Counted from the first letter of the stretch, positions 1-13,640 are shown. The stretch: 64,000 nucleotides of DNA from Harriotta raleighana (GCA_050575255.1 JBNZDD010013693.1:4286857-4350856), one strand, 5' to 3'. The notes: generated from the sequence alone by a model not told the origin. A program made the numbers and translations.

Positions 1-402
1 CAGAGAAGATTGAGGGGAGACCTAATAGAGGTTTATAAGATCATGAGGGGTTTCGACAGGGCAAATAGAGAAAAACTATTTCCACTCGTGGGCGAATCTG
101 TGACCCGTGGTCACAGATTTAAAATAGTTTCAAAGCGAAGTAGAGGGGAGCTGAGGAGAATTTTTTTCACTCAGCGAGTTGTTCGAATCTGGAATGCATT
201 GCCTGAAAAGGTGGTGGAGGCTGATTCGATAACAACTTTTAAAAGGGAATTAGATCTTTATTTAGGGAGAACAGGTCTATTAGGCTATGGGGAGTGAGCA
301 GGGCAGTGGGATTAAATCGCTCTTTTCAAAGAGCCGGCACAGACTAGATGGGCCGAATGGCCTCCTTTTGTGCCGTAAAATTCTATGAATCTATGAATCT
401 AT
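1..402 (+). mobile_element. CR1-type LINE 3' end (ORF2 C-terminus, 3' UTR and tandem tail)
   Basis: ORF 10-297 reads RGDLIEVYKIMRGFD...TRGHRFK...FFTQRVVRIWNALPEKVVEA, the typical CR1 ORF2 C-terminus. It is followed by ...gggccgaatggcctcc... and an ATCTATGA-type tandem tail at ~381-402. Confidence 0.9.
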
Positions 403-777
403 AAACAACAGAGTCAACGAGATCGGTCTTAAAGTCAGTTTTGAAGCAGAAGGCGAGATGGGAGTACTTCAGGATTGAGTTCTTTTGAGAAATAGCTAAA
501 AACTCACCAATGTGAATGAGGATCTACTGCCGGCCAGGGCAGGAGAGTTGCAGGGGTAGGGTGGGCCAAGGCCACCTGAGACTGGTACAGCACACACTAT
601 GCTCGTAATGTAATGACTATTTTGTAGTCCTGCTTGGACAGGTACTGGATTTTTTTTAAAAGGCAATTTGTTTCAAAAATGGTTGTCAATTAACTGGTCT
701 CATTAACAACGAATGAATGTAATCAGATCAGCAGTGATATTCTATCCACCTGTGGATGTCTGCTCAGGTAGTGTGGG

Positions 778-1060
778 AATAATAATAGTAATCCTTGCAT
801 TTGATATCGCACTTTTCACGTTTTCTAGGAGTTTCAAAGCACTTCACAGAATATACTGTAAAGTGAATTGACTATACAGTATATGTGGGCGAAAAGTGCC
901 AGCCAATTGCGCACAGCAGTGAACCAGTTGTGAAGTGAAATGACCAAATTTTTTCGAGGGAGATTATTATTTGGCGTGTACGGAAAGTTTCCCAAGGTTT
1001 GCCCTGCCTGAACCAAGGTCTCTCGCTTGCAAGGCAAGTGCTCTAACCACGGAGCTACAA
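778..1060 (-). mobile_element. tRNA-derived SINE with L2-like tail (type A tail ...atcaaatgcaaggattattatt)
   Basis: The minus strand starts TGTAGCTCCGTGGTTAGAGCACTTGCCTTGCAAGCGAGAGACCTTGGTTC (A-box and degenerate B-box). Body and tail match the copies at 7525-7870 and 14057-14380. Confidence 0.8.
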
Positions 1061-1429
1061 TGCCCTCAATAGTCTGTTTCAGGTTGAATCGCAGCCAGTG
1101 CCGAATTTGCCAGCATCATCCAGGGCAGAGTGGAAGGACTGCAATCACGGTGCCTCTCCATTCTCAGGAGAGGTAAAGGGGATTCCTGCCAGGTCCCACT
1201 CCTGATACTCAGCTCTGCACAAATCACTGCTTGTATGAAAGGCCCTGCGCACAATTGGATACATGACTGGGGTACCATTTGAAAGGTTTGTAGGCACTTT
1301 GAAACATTTTGACATGAAAAGGAGTGATTTAAATTTCCTACGCCGCTGTGTATGGAGGTGGGATAACAGACATAGGCAAAGGGTATTGGGCGATCGCAAA
1401 TTATGGCTAATTTGTTTTGGAAATAAAGG

Positions 1430-1730
1430 TGAAGAGAGGAAGGGAATCAGGCAGAGATTTGGGAGCCTGGCACCGAGGGGACAGAGAGAGGGGCATTCAG
1501 GCAGAGAGCAGGGGTTGCAGTCACAAAGAGGGGCTGTCAGGCAGAGAGAGGGGTAGTTAGGCATAGAAAGGGGGAGTTGGACAGAGAGAGGGAGTTGGCA
1601 AAGAGAGGGGGAGTTGGCAAAGAGAGGGGGCAGTCAGGCACAGAGAGGGGAAATCAGGCAGAGGGGGAGTTGGGCAGAAGGAGATTTGGGCAGCGAGATA
1701 GGCACAGATCAGGCAAAAAAAGGGGAGAGT
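1430..1730 (+). repeat. Purine-rich degenerate tandem repeat (GGCAGAGAGAGGGGGAGTT-like units)
   Basis: Recurring ggcagagagagggg units are visible directly in the sequence. Confidence 0.75.
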
Positions 1731-2139
1731 GCTCCGAGATCGTCTCCTAGGTGAGAGGCTTTGTGGGAGTGTAAACTATTGGGTGGATTAAAACAGACTG
1801 CTGACAGCCAGGGCACAGATGTCAACGTTTAAACACCAATAATCAAAGGAAATAGAGATAAAAAGATTATTAAAAATTTATTGTAACGCCAAACTAGGCC
1901 ATTCGCTCATACAGCCAACTCATTCCAGGATCTCATGTTTTCTCATTTCATCTCCAGGCAGATTAGCATTATAGTTCAACGCAAGGTTAAATTCTGCAGA
2001 TCAGTGATAGAGCATGCAACAACAACAACAAAAACAAAATTACATTTATAGAGCACCTTTCATGTCGGGAGGACATCTCAAGGCGCTGAACAGTTAGATC
2101 GGGATGGCTTGTCTTACGTTGTTATATTCTGGGGGTACA

Positions 2140-2395
2140 AGCCAAATTTCCTTGCAAGTGAGAGACCGATTCCTTTCTCCACAATAATCCCTGACGATAA
2201 TCCCTCAAAAACATTATAAATGGGTCATTTCAATCCACAACTGTTTGTGGGACACCGCAGTGCGCAATTGGCTACCGCATTTTGCCCATAAATATACAGT
2301 CAATTCACTTTACAGTATATTCTGTGAAGGTTTTTGAGACATCTAGAAGACGTGAAAAGCGCAATATCAAATGCAACAATTATTATTATTATTAA
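2140..2395 (+). mobile_element. SINE copy, same family as 778-1060, with partial head
   Basis: Body tgtttgtgggacaccgcagtgcgcaattggct...cagtcaattcactttacagtatattctgtgaag, ending in the tail gtgaaaagcgcaatatcaaatgcaacaattattattatt. Confidence 0.75.
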
Positions 2396-2774
2396 GGTTG
2401 CTCCTAATCTCTCCCCATTATGGAAATTTGGCCTGAACCCCCAGAATTTAACATCGGAAAACAAGCCATTCAATCTAAAAGGTTGCTCTTAGTGTTCTGC
2501 AGAAGATTAAATAGTTAACAGTAAACATTAAAATGTGCGCAGTTGGCTGCCGAGTTTTACCCACAGACGTACGGTCAATTCACTTAGCCGTGTGTTCTGT
2601 GAAATGCTTTGAGACGTTGATAAGATGTGAAAAGTGCTATTTCAAATGTAAGGATTATTTATTACGATTATTAAACCTCTAGTTTCTCCCTTTTACCCTG
2701 TTCACTTTCTCTATTTGTTGCCCTTCTTGTGTTTGTTGGTGTGTTTACTAAAACTGCTCCCTTCCAACATCCCC

Positions 2775-2875
2775 CAGTTCTGATGAAAGGTCATAGACAT
2801 AAAACATTAACTCACTTTCGTCTCTCCACAGATGCTGCCTGACCTGCTGATGTTCCCACTGACCACTGATTTTAT
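2775..2875 (+). mobile_element. Penelope-like terminal repeat remnant with degenerate minimal hammerhead core
   Basis: CTGATGA-aaggtc-ata-gacat-AAAAC-attaac-tc followed by tctctccacagatgctgcctgacctgctga. A related copy lies at 26277-26392. Confidence 0.6.
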
Positions 2876-5800
2876 TAAACACTCCAGGTCTGATTCTATC
2901 CTAACAGGCTTCAGGCTGTTTCAGGCTCGCAGACCTGAGTGTGGAAGTGGTGGTAGAAGGGATGGGTCAAAAGGGCAGATCCGGTCATGGCTATCTTCCC
3001 CACAGAGAGGTCACAGTGAGAGAGGGGATCATTCTGTGTGTTGCTCGCGTTGTCAACGGTTACAGTACAAGTAACTGCAATCCTAATTTTCTTGTGGAAA
3101 ATTCAATAGTTCTGGTAATTAACCAGTAAACAAGTGTGTTTGATGCGGTGAGAGTGTAGAGATTTAGAACTTAGTAGACACATCAGTCAATAAGAGATCT
3201 TGAAGCAAGGAAGGTAGGTGAATGGGCACAACTACAGATCAAGCAGGCTCTGAGACTCATTGGTGACTGTGTGATGGCCAAAGAAACAGTTAAATGTTCT
3301 TCAGCAAAGGAGAGGATAGACAAGGAGAAATACAAGAAAACTCCCTAACTTAAAGAAGATTGTCTAACATTGGGTAACTTTTAGGTCCAGAAATTGATCA
3401 CCTTTCTTGTGTTCATTGGCGCTTGCCACCATAAGCTTAATACTCTCCGGAATTAGATGGGCAGATTGCATCCTTCCAGGGAGCAAGTACATATTCCATT
3501 CTAATATGTAGGTGGCATGCATGAAATTCTCAGTTTGGTTGGATACTGGTGATGGATTTCCACATGTGACGGACTCCAAGCCGACCAAAAAACATACATG
3601 CATTTGGATGTAAATGAACCTAGTCTCAATGGATCTTCTAGTTTATAAGATGCTGCTTCATGAAATATCTGCCTTAACAAAGATGGTAGTGTGGAGAGAA
3701 TACAAGCACATGAAGGACTAGGGCCACATATTGTGGGCCGAGGGCAGACACGTCACAGCCATCCAGATTGTGGAAGACAATGGCAGCACAGTACACAGGG
3801 TCAGCCCTGTGTACTATAGTAAAGAATGAACAGTAATTGTGCGTCTGGAACACTTGCTGCTCCTCCCAGTGATGTCAATTCCAGCTCGACTAGAAATTAA
3901 CATGTGTCTCATTTGTGTGATTTTTTTTAACCAAATTCCTCAATGGAAAACATGTAAAACTTCAGCGTGAGCTGCAGAAGGTATTGTTTGGCACATTGAT
4001 GTTCCAGAAATTTGCTAGTTACATATTACAAACTAGATCCCATTATGTTGATGAATCTGAACATCGAAACCTCCAGTGGTGGTTCTGACTGTTTATATGT
4101 GAGCGGAAGGTTAACAAAGTGAGCTGGCCTTGATTTGCAATCCGACACAGACACACATGGCTTAGTAACTCTTGTAGAAATATTGCCAGTCATTTCATAA
4201 ATCAACTTTTAACTTAAAATAATCTATTTGCTCCAATGTTTTGATTCCAACCAATCCTAAACTCAATGGCCCATAGCCTCACCCACACCAATCTCCACAC
4301 TTGTCACCCCAACTCTGATAGACTCCACTGTCTCCAGCGATGGGATTTCAAGGTTCCCAGCCTAACCTGTAAATGCCCTAGGACCTCTTTATCTGTGAAA
4401 TCCTTTGCCCCTGCTCCACTCGGCTAACACAGGCTTTCCCACCCCTCCCTCCCCCACCCACCTCACCCATCATCGGTGGTCAATATTCTACACCTCTAAC
4501 CTCTGCATCTCCCTCCCTTTACCGCTTTGTCTTACCCCTTCTCTAACAGACTTGACGCCCCATTTTAAAACCTACCTCTTCATCTACGCCTGTGGTCACT
4601 TGCCCTTCCACGCACCCACCCTATCTTCCAGATGTTATCCTACACAAAGGGCACGATATAAACCCAAATTGTTGTTGTCGGATTAGAACTGTAGCAGCAC
4701 TGGTTCGATTCCAGAAATGGATCTCCTCAAATAAAAATTATCTTAAAATAGCCGGTAAACATATTGACAGCTTAAAATACACCACTATGAATGCTAAATG
4801 TCGTGCGTGAAGACAACATTGCTTCATCTCAATTCTGATGCAATAAGCTGCGGAGAAACAGCAATTTGAATTTATATTCAATTGAGTACAGCAATGCCCC
4901 ACAAACACGACTGCCTGTGAGACACTGCTGTGTGCAATTGGCTGCCGTGCTTTGCCCACAAAATAACCAATTAATACACTTTACAATATATTTTGTTGTT
5001 ATTTGAGATGTCTCAATGACGTAAGGTTCTATAGCAAATGCAAGGATTACTATTATAGCATCCTTCACATAGGATAACATCTCCAGAACGTTCTGTACAG
5101 TGACAGGATTGTACAACGAGCAAGGAAGGGGAGAAGGAGATGACTATTAGTAGATCAACGTGATAAGAGTATGTTGAAGCGAGGGGGCAGAATCAAAAGG
5201 CAGAGGGAGGGAGTTTCAGGGGTTAGAGATTTAGAATCTGAAGACTCGACTGTCATTGGCGTCACAGAGAGGGCAGGGGATGCCAAACCTGAGTTAGCTG
5301 AATGGCGGGAGCAAGGAGAGGAATGAGACAAGGTTTGTTTCAATGCATAGATCAAACTCCCACTATCCGAATCCAAATTGTTTCAGTCAGCAGAGCAGGA
5401 GCTCACCTGGACTGGAAGAGGAGAATGCAAAGCACAGAGCCCTGAGTCAGAACTCAGAACAAGTCACCAGATGGATTAGCACATCGATTCTCACCCACTC
5501 CTCCCCAGCCCTTGCCGAGTTGGGAGGATAAAAGGCTTCAAGTTGGGGGGTGGGGGGTGGGGAGGGTAACATTCTATAGCGGTCATTGCCCCACAAACAC
5601 GACTGACTGTGAGACACTGCTGTGTGCAATTGGCTGCCGTTGCCCCAGAATCCCTTGTGGACCTGGTCTGTGCCAAACAATACTAGGCCAGAAGCAGGCC
5701 ACTTGGCCACAAAACACATTCCTGTGATTCAAGAGCCGTGTCAGCTGTCAGCTTGGTGAGGTCAGCAGCACTCTCCACTCAGGCCCTTTAAACTGGAGCA

Positions 5801-6689
5801 TTTAGTCCTTCACCCGAGACTTAAACTCACAGTCCACAGTTGCACTGCAGTGTGTGACAGTGTATCGCCTTGGGATGTCCTCCCAATGTGAAAGGTGCTA
5901 TACAAATGTGATTTTTGTGGTGGCTGTTGTGTTGGGGGAGCGTGACATTAACCTGAGAGGTGACCCCTCTCTATGTGTGGAAAATCCCATGGCTCTATCC
6001 AAAAGTAACAAGAATTTCTGATGTTCTGGCCAATACTCGCGAGTTACCTGACTGCTCACCTCGTGGCTGCTTGCAGGACCTCATTGTGCATAAAACTGCC
6101 ACCAAGACCTTACTGCTTTTCTCTGTGACACACTTTAATGTCATAAAGTATCTCAGTGTTCCACAAATAAAATCAAGTAGCGGAGGTGGATTTGTGGCAA
6201 ATATGGGAAGAGGCTCCACGGAGAGCCTTGACCCGTCGCTGAGCATCCTGGAGGGAGAGTCGGCTTCACAGTCTGTTTGCCAAGGCCCCTCACACGAGGA
6301 CCTGGATTAAGCAGCCTAGTACGTGACATTGGACTTGGACCTTGTGAACATGAAGCTGGCTGGCACATCACAAGCTGTCCTGTAAAGGTCCTCCCACCAC
6401 GCTGAAGGTAATGTCCCATCAGAGAGCTGTTGAGGGAACACTATGGGCTTGTGGAGGCAGCTGCAGGAAGAAGATACCTGAAGTCCAAGTTTGTGAACAT
6501 ACATTTGTACATCCAGCGCCTCTCACCCACTTTATTTGGTTTGCAGACAGGTGAGCAGCTGCTGCTCAGGCTTCGCACGTCCAACTAGTGGAACCATCAC
6601 TCAGAGGGAAGAGATACCTGTCTGAGCTGTGGGCAGGAAAATGATTGATGATTGTCGGCCAAGACAATGGGAATTCCCATCTCTTTTTG

Positions 6690-6860
6690 AATAATGCCAA
6701 TGGGATCTTTCACATCACATCTGAAAAGATGGCACCTCCAACAATGCAGTAAACCCCAGCACTGAACTGGACAGTCAATCTAGACTACGTGAGTTCAAAG
6801 TTCCAAAGTAGGCCAGAAACCCTCCAGCCTTCTGACTCACAGGCGAGAGCCGGGCTGGCA
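6690..6860 (-). mobile_element. Deu-domain SINE remnant (SacSINE1/AmnSINE-like)
   Basis: The plus strand reads tgccaatgggatctttcacatc...gatggcacctccaacaatgcag...ccttctgactcacaggcgagag, resembling the reverse complement of a DeuSINE 5' half as I recall it. Related copies lie at 9600-10016, 17775-17970 and 20090-20420. Confidence 0.65.
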
Positions 6861-7524
6861 TACAATAATATTTTTACAAAGACAGTTAGAAGACTGTAAT
6901 CCAATCAGTAAAATGATATAACCCAGTAAAGCATTTTACTGCTGTGTTTTTAATCTTTCTGCCTCAGGTGCTTTTGCTGATGCACCTCAACCTGTGGGTT
7001 AGCCTCTGCTACCTGCTGTTTCAGGCAATGTGTATGCTCCTCTTCACCCAGCAATGATAATCAGCTAATTTTCTTGTGTATTTTACTCCAGCATTCGTGA
7101 TGGAGGACTGCCATGGAGTCCTTCAGAGACAAACTGGATCATTCAACTGCACTTAAAACACCTAATCTGGGAAATGGAGCATCTAATACATTGTGCAGCA
7201 CATTCTAGATAAGCACGGGCTGACCAGATGAACACAGCACTGCAGCTCAATTCCCTAGAGAAATTACTCACAAGCAACAGACAACCTGCTCAGCCAGTGA
7301 TATACAGAGACAGACTGTGGCACCTTTGCAGGGATTGCCTACAGAAACAGTCACTACACTTGATGGGAATGACTGGGCAGCGCTGAGCTCTCAGCTGTTT
7401 CAGCACCTAGAAGCACATATTCGTTCTTCTTGTGAATGATCGCCATGCAAACAGCACCTTCATGTGACAAACACCATATCTATTATAGTAATAATAATCC
7501 TTACATTTGATACAGTGCCTTGTG

Positions 7525-7870
7525 TAGTCATGTAGCACAGTGGTTCGGGCACTCGCCACACAAGCGAATAGTGGTTCGGGCACTCGACCCGGGTTTGATT
7601 ACTGGGCATGGACAAAATCTTAGGAAAGTTTTCTTATGCCACACGCATCTGTTTTCCTCGCAGTATCGGGATTGTTAGTCGAATGGCGGATTGCTTTCCA
7701 GTGGTAACAATCCCTTAAAAAAAAGTTCACCCAATCCACAACTGTTTGTGGGACACTGCTGTGCGCGGTTAGCTGCCGTGGTTTCGCCCACAAAATGTAT
7801 TACTGTCAATTCACATTACAGAATATTCTGATATGGCCCTATATCAAATGCCAGGTTTATTATTATCATC
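7525..7870 (+). mobile_element. tRNA-derived SINE with a small internal duplication in the head
   Basis: gtagtcatgtagcacagtggttcgggcactcgccacacaagcga...gacccgggtttgattactggg, in which agtggttcgggcactcg occurs twice. Same body and tail as the other copies. Confidence 0.75.
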
Positions 7871-9599
7871 AAGTCATCGAGACATTTCAATACGCTTCAC
7901 AGGATAGACTGTGAAGGGTGCGACGCTGTGTAATTTATGAACAAATTTATTTGATAAAAGAGGCAAACGTTCCTGCCCTCCTCCCCCTCACAAATGATAC
8001 GACAAATTCAGAAACTATACAATAATTAAACCTTTCTCATCGAGGGACAGGGACAAACTCCACAGCCAGCTCTATAATTATTGGGTAATTTACCGCTCAC
8101 TGTTCACTGCACTCACACAGAGACACGTGTCCCTATGACAGCTCAAATGCCTGCTCAGCCTCCAGCAGATTGTTATTCTTGTCAAGTCGTCCCAGTCCCA
8201 CTGCTCTCTATTCCAAGCGCCATCCTTGCCTCTGCAGTTTGCAGTCGCGTATAAACCAAACTCAATTTCGGACAGGAAACAAATACTTGCTGCAGGGTGA
8301 TCACCTGTGATTACGACCTGCTCCAATCTGTCACCAGCAGTGACCAGCTCGCCTCCCTACCCTCACACCTCGCAGATAGAGCAATCTGCATTTCATTTTC
8401 ATAGGAAAGTCACGCCGTGTTTCACACATGAAAGAAGCATGTGGAGTCTGGACATCATGCCAACACCGGGCTGCTGTCCTGCTCTAGCTGAATGCCCGTT
8501 ACTGTCATGTAATTTGGACCATGGTGAGAATAGTAGCCTTCAGGCAAGTCAGAATCTTAACGCAAAAACACAGTGGAAAAAAATTACAATCTTTATCCAT
8601 AGAAAACAAGGCTTTTGACCATCACGCAACAGAATAATATATTTTTTTAATTTCACAGCACTTTCATCTAAAACAAGCATCAAAGTGCTTTTTTTTCCAC
8701 AATGGAGTAGAAATGAAATGAGTGTTATCATGGAGGCAAACAATGCAGCTAATCCGATCCAGCGAAGTCTATGTCTTATGAACAACAAGATGAGCAGCTG
8801 ATTCATTCAAATTTGGTGGAGTGGATATAAACCAGGATAAACCATGTTTTTTTGAACTAAAGTCAGGAAGGACAGCATCCGAATCACGACCAAAAACCTG
8901 ATTACAATTCCTGAATGTAGAGATCCGATTTCATACACTTTACCTTCTACCTGATGGAAGATGTAGACTCATAGACTATCCCTCAGATACAACCAGAGTT
9001 TATACAGCATCCTCCTCGAGGGGTAGAGTCTCGGAGCACTGATATCCTATATTCATAATGATTTACCTGCCCTCAACCCCCTCCCCAACATTGTTTATTC
9101 AGCATTGTTACATCTTGTTATGTCCTTTATTAATATAACTATTGTTTGTGGACAAATCAATTTTCCCAATTAACCACAACAACCTCCTACCATACTGTAC
9201 TGTCATGGTATGATGCTCTGCCAGTAAATACCATTGTGGTATAATGTTACATTATCACTTACTACTTCTCACTGTGACTAATGCCCCGATCTTTGAAGCT
9301 GTCTCCAGGAAGCATCTGTGTGTCCTTGTCCTCCTCGATGGTGAATTTTTGCACTAACCATGCTGAAAGCCTGGCAACCCTGATCTGTACCATCATTGTG
9401 CAGGAGAGAAATGTTGGTGCACTGTATTGGAAATGCAATGCAGTTAGCTCTCCCATTCGTAGTATTATATTATGCAGCAGCTTATCCCATCAGCAAAACA
9501 CTTCAAAGCTTTTCACGGGATTTCCTTGAAAATCGGATGGCTACTCTAAACATAGAAATGTCCAAAAATAGCTATAAAGTGAGTGAACAATTTTATTTG

Positions 9600-10016
9600 A
9601 GCGATTGTTGATCAGGACACCTGGAGAAACTATCTTCTCTTTTCAGTAGTGCCATGGGATCTTTAACATCCACCTGGACAGTCACAGATAGGGCCTGGGT
9701 TTAACCTCTCATCTGAAGTACAGCACCTCTGGCCATACAGTCCTCCAATAACAACAACAACAAAATGACATTTATATGGCACCTTTCGAGGTTGATGCAG
9801 CCAGCACCTGATGGAAGGAGGCGCTAGGGCAAGCCAATCAGTAGGGCCTAGGTCTTGTTGACATTCAACTGCAGATAGTTAGCTCTCATCCAGGACTTGA
9901 TGTCTGACAGACATCATTAGAACCTCACCTTAGACGATCTGAGCTCAAGTCCTGACATGGAGCTTGATCCCAAAATAACCTTCTGATTCAGAGGCGAGAG
10001 TGCTGCCAGGCTGACA
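9600..10016 (-). mobile_element. Deu-domain SINE interrupted by an L2-type tail fragment (~9748-9925)
   Basis: gccatgggatctttaacatccacctg...gggcctgggtttaacctctcatctgaag, resuming at gagctcaagtcctg...ccttctgattcagaggcgagagtgct. Confidence 0.7.
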
Positions 10017-11984
10017 CCCTCGCTCACCCCTCAAATGTTCTCATTTCCCATGTACGTGATTTATTTTGTTAATAGCAGCTTCACATTAGCTAGAAACCTT
10101 TAGGGGATAAATAATCACACTCAGATTCTTTCTCTGCCAATGAAGATTGTGTGCACATGCTAACTGTGACTTGTCCCAAAGCAGTATACTGTACATTGTC
10201 TTGTATGCAGCTACATTTAAATCTATCCATGTCTCTTTGGCCATCTGTTTGATAGACCCAGATTTTGTTTGCAGATTAAGCTCCTTATATTGTTCAAAAA
10301 GAAACCTTGGACCATAAGCCATTTAAATGGGATGCAATCTATACTGTCAGAGATGCACAGAGACAGTAAAAGAGGACATGCATGGAGAGTTGCAAAGTGC
10401 AATTTCAGTTTGGATGCCAGGACTTTTTCTTTCCCCGGGAGGATAATTAACACTGGAAAAGATCAGTGGGAAGGATGGTTGCAGAAGGAGGCTGGACTCA
10501 CTTAATACACAGCTTGCTTCTATAACGGAGGACTGTAAAGTGGGTGTTCTGGAGGGAAGAGTTAAAGTGGGTCAAAGTGCTTCTTAAACTAAATCGATTG
10601 TCAGCCCCTTGGGACGTTCTCCTGCCGTGAAAGGCGCTATTACAAGGGCAATTTTGTTGTTGTTGATGACAGATATTAAGGAATAATCTAAATAACCAGC
10701 GAATGTTGTTGGCACAGGTTGAGCTTGATTATATTTCCTACATCTGAACCCAGTTGTACTGTAACAGTCAGCCAGCAACAGCTCTCAATTCAAAGCCAGC
10801 AAATGAAGTTGCTGGATTGGACGGAGATGGAACAGTTTTATTTTGCGGGTTCTGACAGGAAGAAAAGCTGTTAATAATACAGAACATATCTCTCCCCACT
10901 ACCCTCGGTTAACCCTGTTTATCTTTAGACAGTAGATTTGCCCCTTCACAGCCCAGAACAGCTTTTGCACAGAACGTTATACGTAAACAGTGGTTTCAAT
11001 CAGCTGAACTTCCACCCTAGATAACAGGTGTTCTATGGGAAGCGGTCACTCGGAGGGCAAGAGTGGAGGTGGGAGTGGGGGGGGGGGGTGCACAGAATGG
11101 GAATGGAGGAGGTGGGTATACAGCGAGGCAACTCTGCACAAATGATCTTCCTGTCTCCAACTCTAGGGGGTCCCAGAGGACACGGACAGACGGACGGACA
11201 GACAGACAGGCCACTGGTGACAGCAGAACTCCTGGCAGTTTTCAATCCAGTTCCTCAGCCTTGCCACCCACTCCCCCTTCATGTTACATGTTACAATGAA
11301 AAATTTCCACACAAATCCACATTAAATATTCACTGATGTAATAAACACATAAAGAAATGCTGGAAGAAAAAAAAAGAATCCAAGATCACTTCCAATTTGC
11401 CTCCTGCCTTCCTGGCTGGCAGTCACACTGCACATCATGTCCCGAATCACCTGTGAACTTTATCCCACAATTTTATTTCCTAAAAGAAAACTATGTAATT
11501 CAGGAGATGGAATCACTTCTTGATTCAATCGTCTCCCTGGGCAGACTGACGTAAACACAGCCTGGCGCCTCTCTTCCCTCCCACACTCGCCCGTTCCACT
11601 CACCCCTCCTCTCCGTCACCCCCACCTTGTAAAAAGGTACAAGTGAGGTTGAGAGAGTTAACACAGGTTCTCGTTCCCCAATGAAGGGAAAAAGCTAAAA
11701 AAAAAAAAAACTGCCTTAGACTTTCACTGGTTACAACCTGGCCTGTACAGTAATGGGTGAGGAAACATTTTAACTGACATTAATTATGAAAGAAAAATAC
11801 AATTTAACTAATTTCAAAACTCAATATTTTTTGTTCCAGAAAAAAAACCACACGGTACAAGTGAAATCAATGAATCCCCCAAATAACAGAGAGGGTTAGA
11901 GGGTTAAAGTGTATTGTACAATGTATAAAATCAGATTGCAAAAGATTAGCAGGAACCAAGCAGCGATATGTATTGGAAACATCG

Positions 11985-12080
11985 GCAATAGCTGTACAGC
12001 ACCCACAGCAATAGCTGTACAGCACCCACAGCAATAGCTGTACAGCACCCACAGCAATAGCTGTAAAGCACCCACAGCAA
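11985..12080. repeat. 23-bp tandem repeat x4 (GCAATAGCTGTACAGCACCCACA)
   Basis: Unit starts at 11985, 12008, 12031 and 12054, with a partial unit at 12077. Confidence 0.95.
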
Positions 12081-12309
12081 ATTCTTTAAATCATCACAAA
12101 TATAAACCAAGAGCAGCTGCACCATTATCATTAATAATGACATCTACGGGGAACTAACACTAACATCTCTATACACACAGTAACATATCTATAATATATA
12201 ATATCTATAATATAACATATCTACAACACACAGTAACATCTCTGTAATATACAGTAACATATCTATAGCACTAATATCTAAATAAATATACTGTACAGCT
12301 GACCTGTCT

Positions 12310-12780
12310 ATGGAGGCAACAATCTACAAGATGACAATCTATAGGGTGACAGGGATGACAGTCTATAGGGTGACAGGGGTGACAGTCTGTAGGGTGACAA
12401 GGATGACAGTCTATAGGGTGACAGGGATGACAGTCTGTAGGGTGACAGGGATGACAGACTGTAGGGTGACAGTCTATAGGGTGACAGAGATGACAGTCTA
12501 GAGGGTGACAGGGATGACAGTCTGTAGGTTGACAGGGATGACAGTCTATAGGGTGACAGGGATGACAGTCTATAGGATGATAGTCTATAGAATGACAGGC
12601 TTTAGGGTGACAGTCTTTATGGTGGTAGGGATGACAGGCCCCTCACAGACTATAGGGTGATAAGTTATAGGGTGGCTGCCAACAGGGTAGCAGGTTATAG
12701 GGTGACGGGCTGTAGGTTGAATGTCTAGAAGGTGGCTGTCTATAGGGTGTCGGGCTGTGGGGTGGCTGTCTATAGGGTGT
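12310..12780. repeat. Degenerate ~24-bp minisatellite (GTCTATAGGGTGACAGGGATGACA) at the start of UHRF1BP1 intron 1
   Basis: Recurring gtctatagggtgacagggatgaca units that decay toward both ends. Confidence 0.9.
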
Positions 12781-12800
12781 TGGGCTGGGGGTCGGGTTAC

Positions 12801-12844
12801 CTGGAAAGGTGTTTCAGGATCTGTTTTTTGATGAGTCCGGCCAT
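12801..12844 (-). CDS. UHRF1BP1: UHRF1BP1/BLTP3A (bridge-like lipid transfer protein 3A) coding exon 1; downstream exons not found in the window
   Basis: Minus strand ATG GCC GGA CTC ATC AAA AAA CAG ATC CTG AAA CAC CTT TCC AG|GTAACC = MAGLIKKQILKHLS(R). This is the conserved BLTP3 N-terminus in a 44-nt phase-2 exon with a GC-rich leader. The paralog UHRF1BP1L has the same start; 3A is preferred because of linkage to ILRUN. Confidence 0.85.
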
Positions 12845-12920
12845 CCCCGCCGCCGCTCACAGCCTCCTCCCGCCTCCCGCCACCTTCCCACCGCGCACCG
12901 CGCCGCTCCCTCCCCCTCAC
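12845..12920 (-). promoter_or_regulatory. GC/CpG-rich 5' leader and proximal promoter of UHRF1BP1
   Basis: CpG-dense stretch immediately upstream of the ATG, with GGGAGGCGGGAGG and GGCGGGAGG Sp/KLF-like boxes on the minus strand. Confidence 0.6.
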
Positions 12921-13640
12921 ACACACACACACACAGCGACACCTACCGGCTGCCATACACACACACACAGCGACACCTACCGGCTGCCATACACACACAC
13001 ACAGCGACACCTACCGGCTGCCATACACACACACACAGCGACACCTACCGGCTGCCATACACACACACACAGCGACACCTACCGGCTGCCATACACACAC
13101 ACACAGCGACACCTACCGGCTGCCATACACACACACACAGCGACACCTACCGGCTGCCATACACACACACACAGCGACACCTACCGGCTGCCATACACAC
13201 ACACACAGCGACACCTACCGGCTGCCATACACACACACACAGCGACACCTACCGGCTGCCATACACACACACACAGCGACACCTACCGGCTGCCATACAC
13301 ACACACACAGCGACACCTACCGGCTGCCATACACACACACACAGCGACACCTACCGGCTGCCATACACACACACACAGCGACACCTACCGGCTGCCATAC
13401 ACACACACACAGCGACACCTACCGGCTGCCATACACACACACACAGCGACACCTACCGGCTGCCATACACACACACACAGCGACACCTACCGGCTGCCAT
13501 ACACACACACACAGCGACACCTACCGGCTGCCATACACACACACACAGCGACACCTACCGGCCGCCATACACACACAGCGACACCTACCGGCCGCCATAC
13601 ACACACACAGCGACACCTACCGGCCGCCATACACACACAC
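12920..13640. repeat. 34-bp minisatellite, ~20 near-identical copies (AGCGACACCTACCGGCTGCCAT(AC)6), decaying into CA-rich sequence to ~13990
   Basis: The gcgacacc anchor recurs at 12970, 13004 and 13038 (period 34). The translated ORFs repeat every 34 aa (3 units). Confidence 0.95.

Noticed and set aside
8085-8330. Alternative exon of UHRF1BP1 (78-aa minus-strand ORF near a GTAAAT donor-like site)
   Set aside because: No similarity to BLTP3 exon 2 (FTKNLSPDKINLSTLKGEG...) and no other support. Exon 2 was not found anywhere in 1-12800.
12920-13640. CRISPR-like regular repeats
   Set aside because: The units are head-to-tail with no unique spacers, there are no cas genes, and the context is vertebrate.
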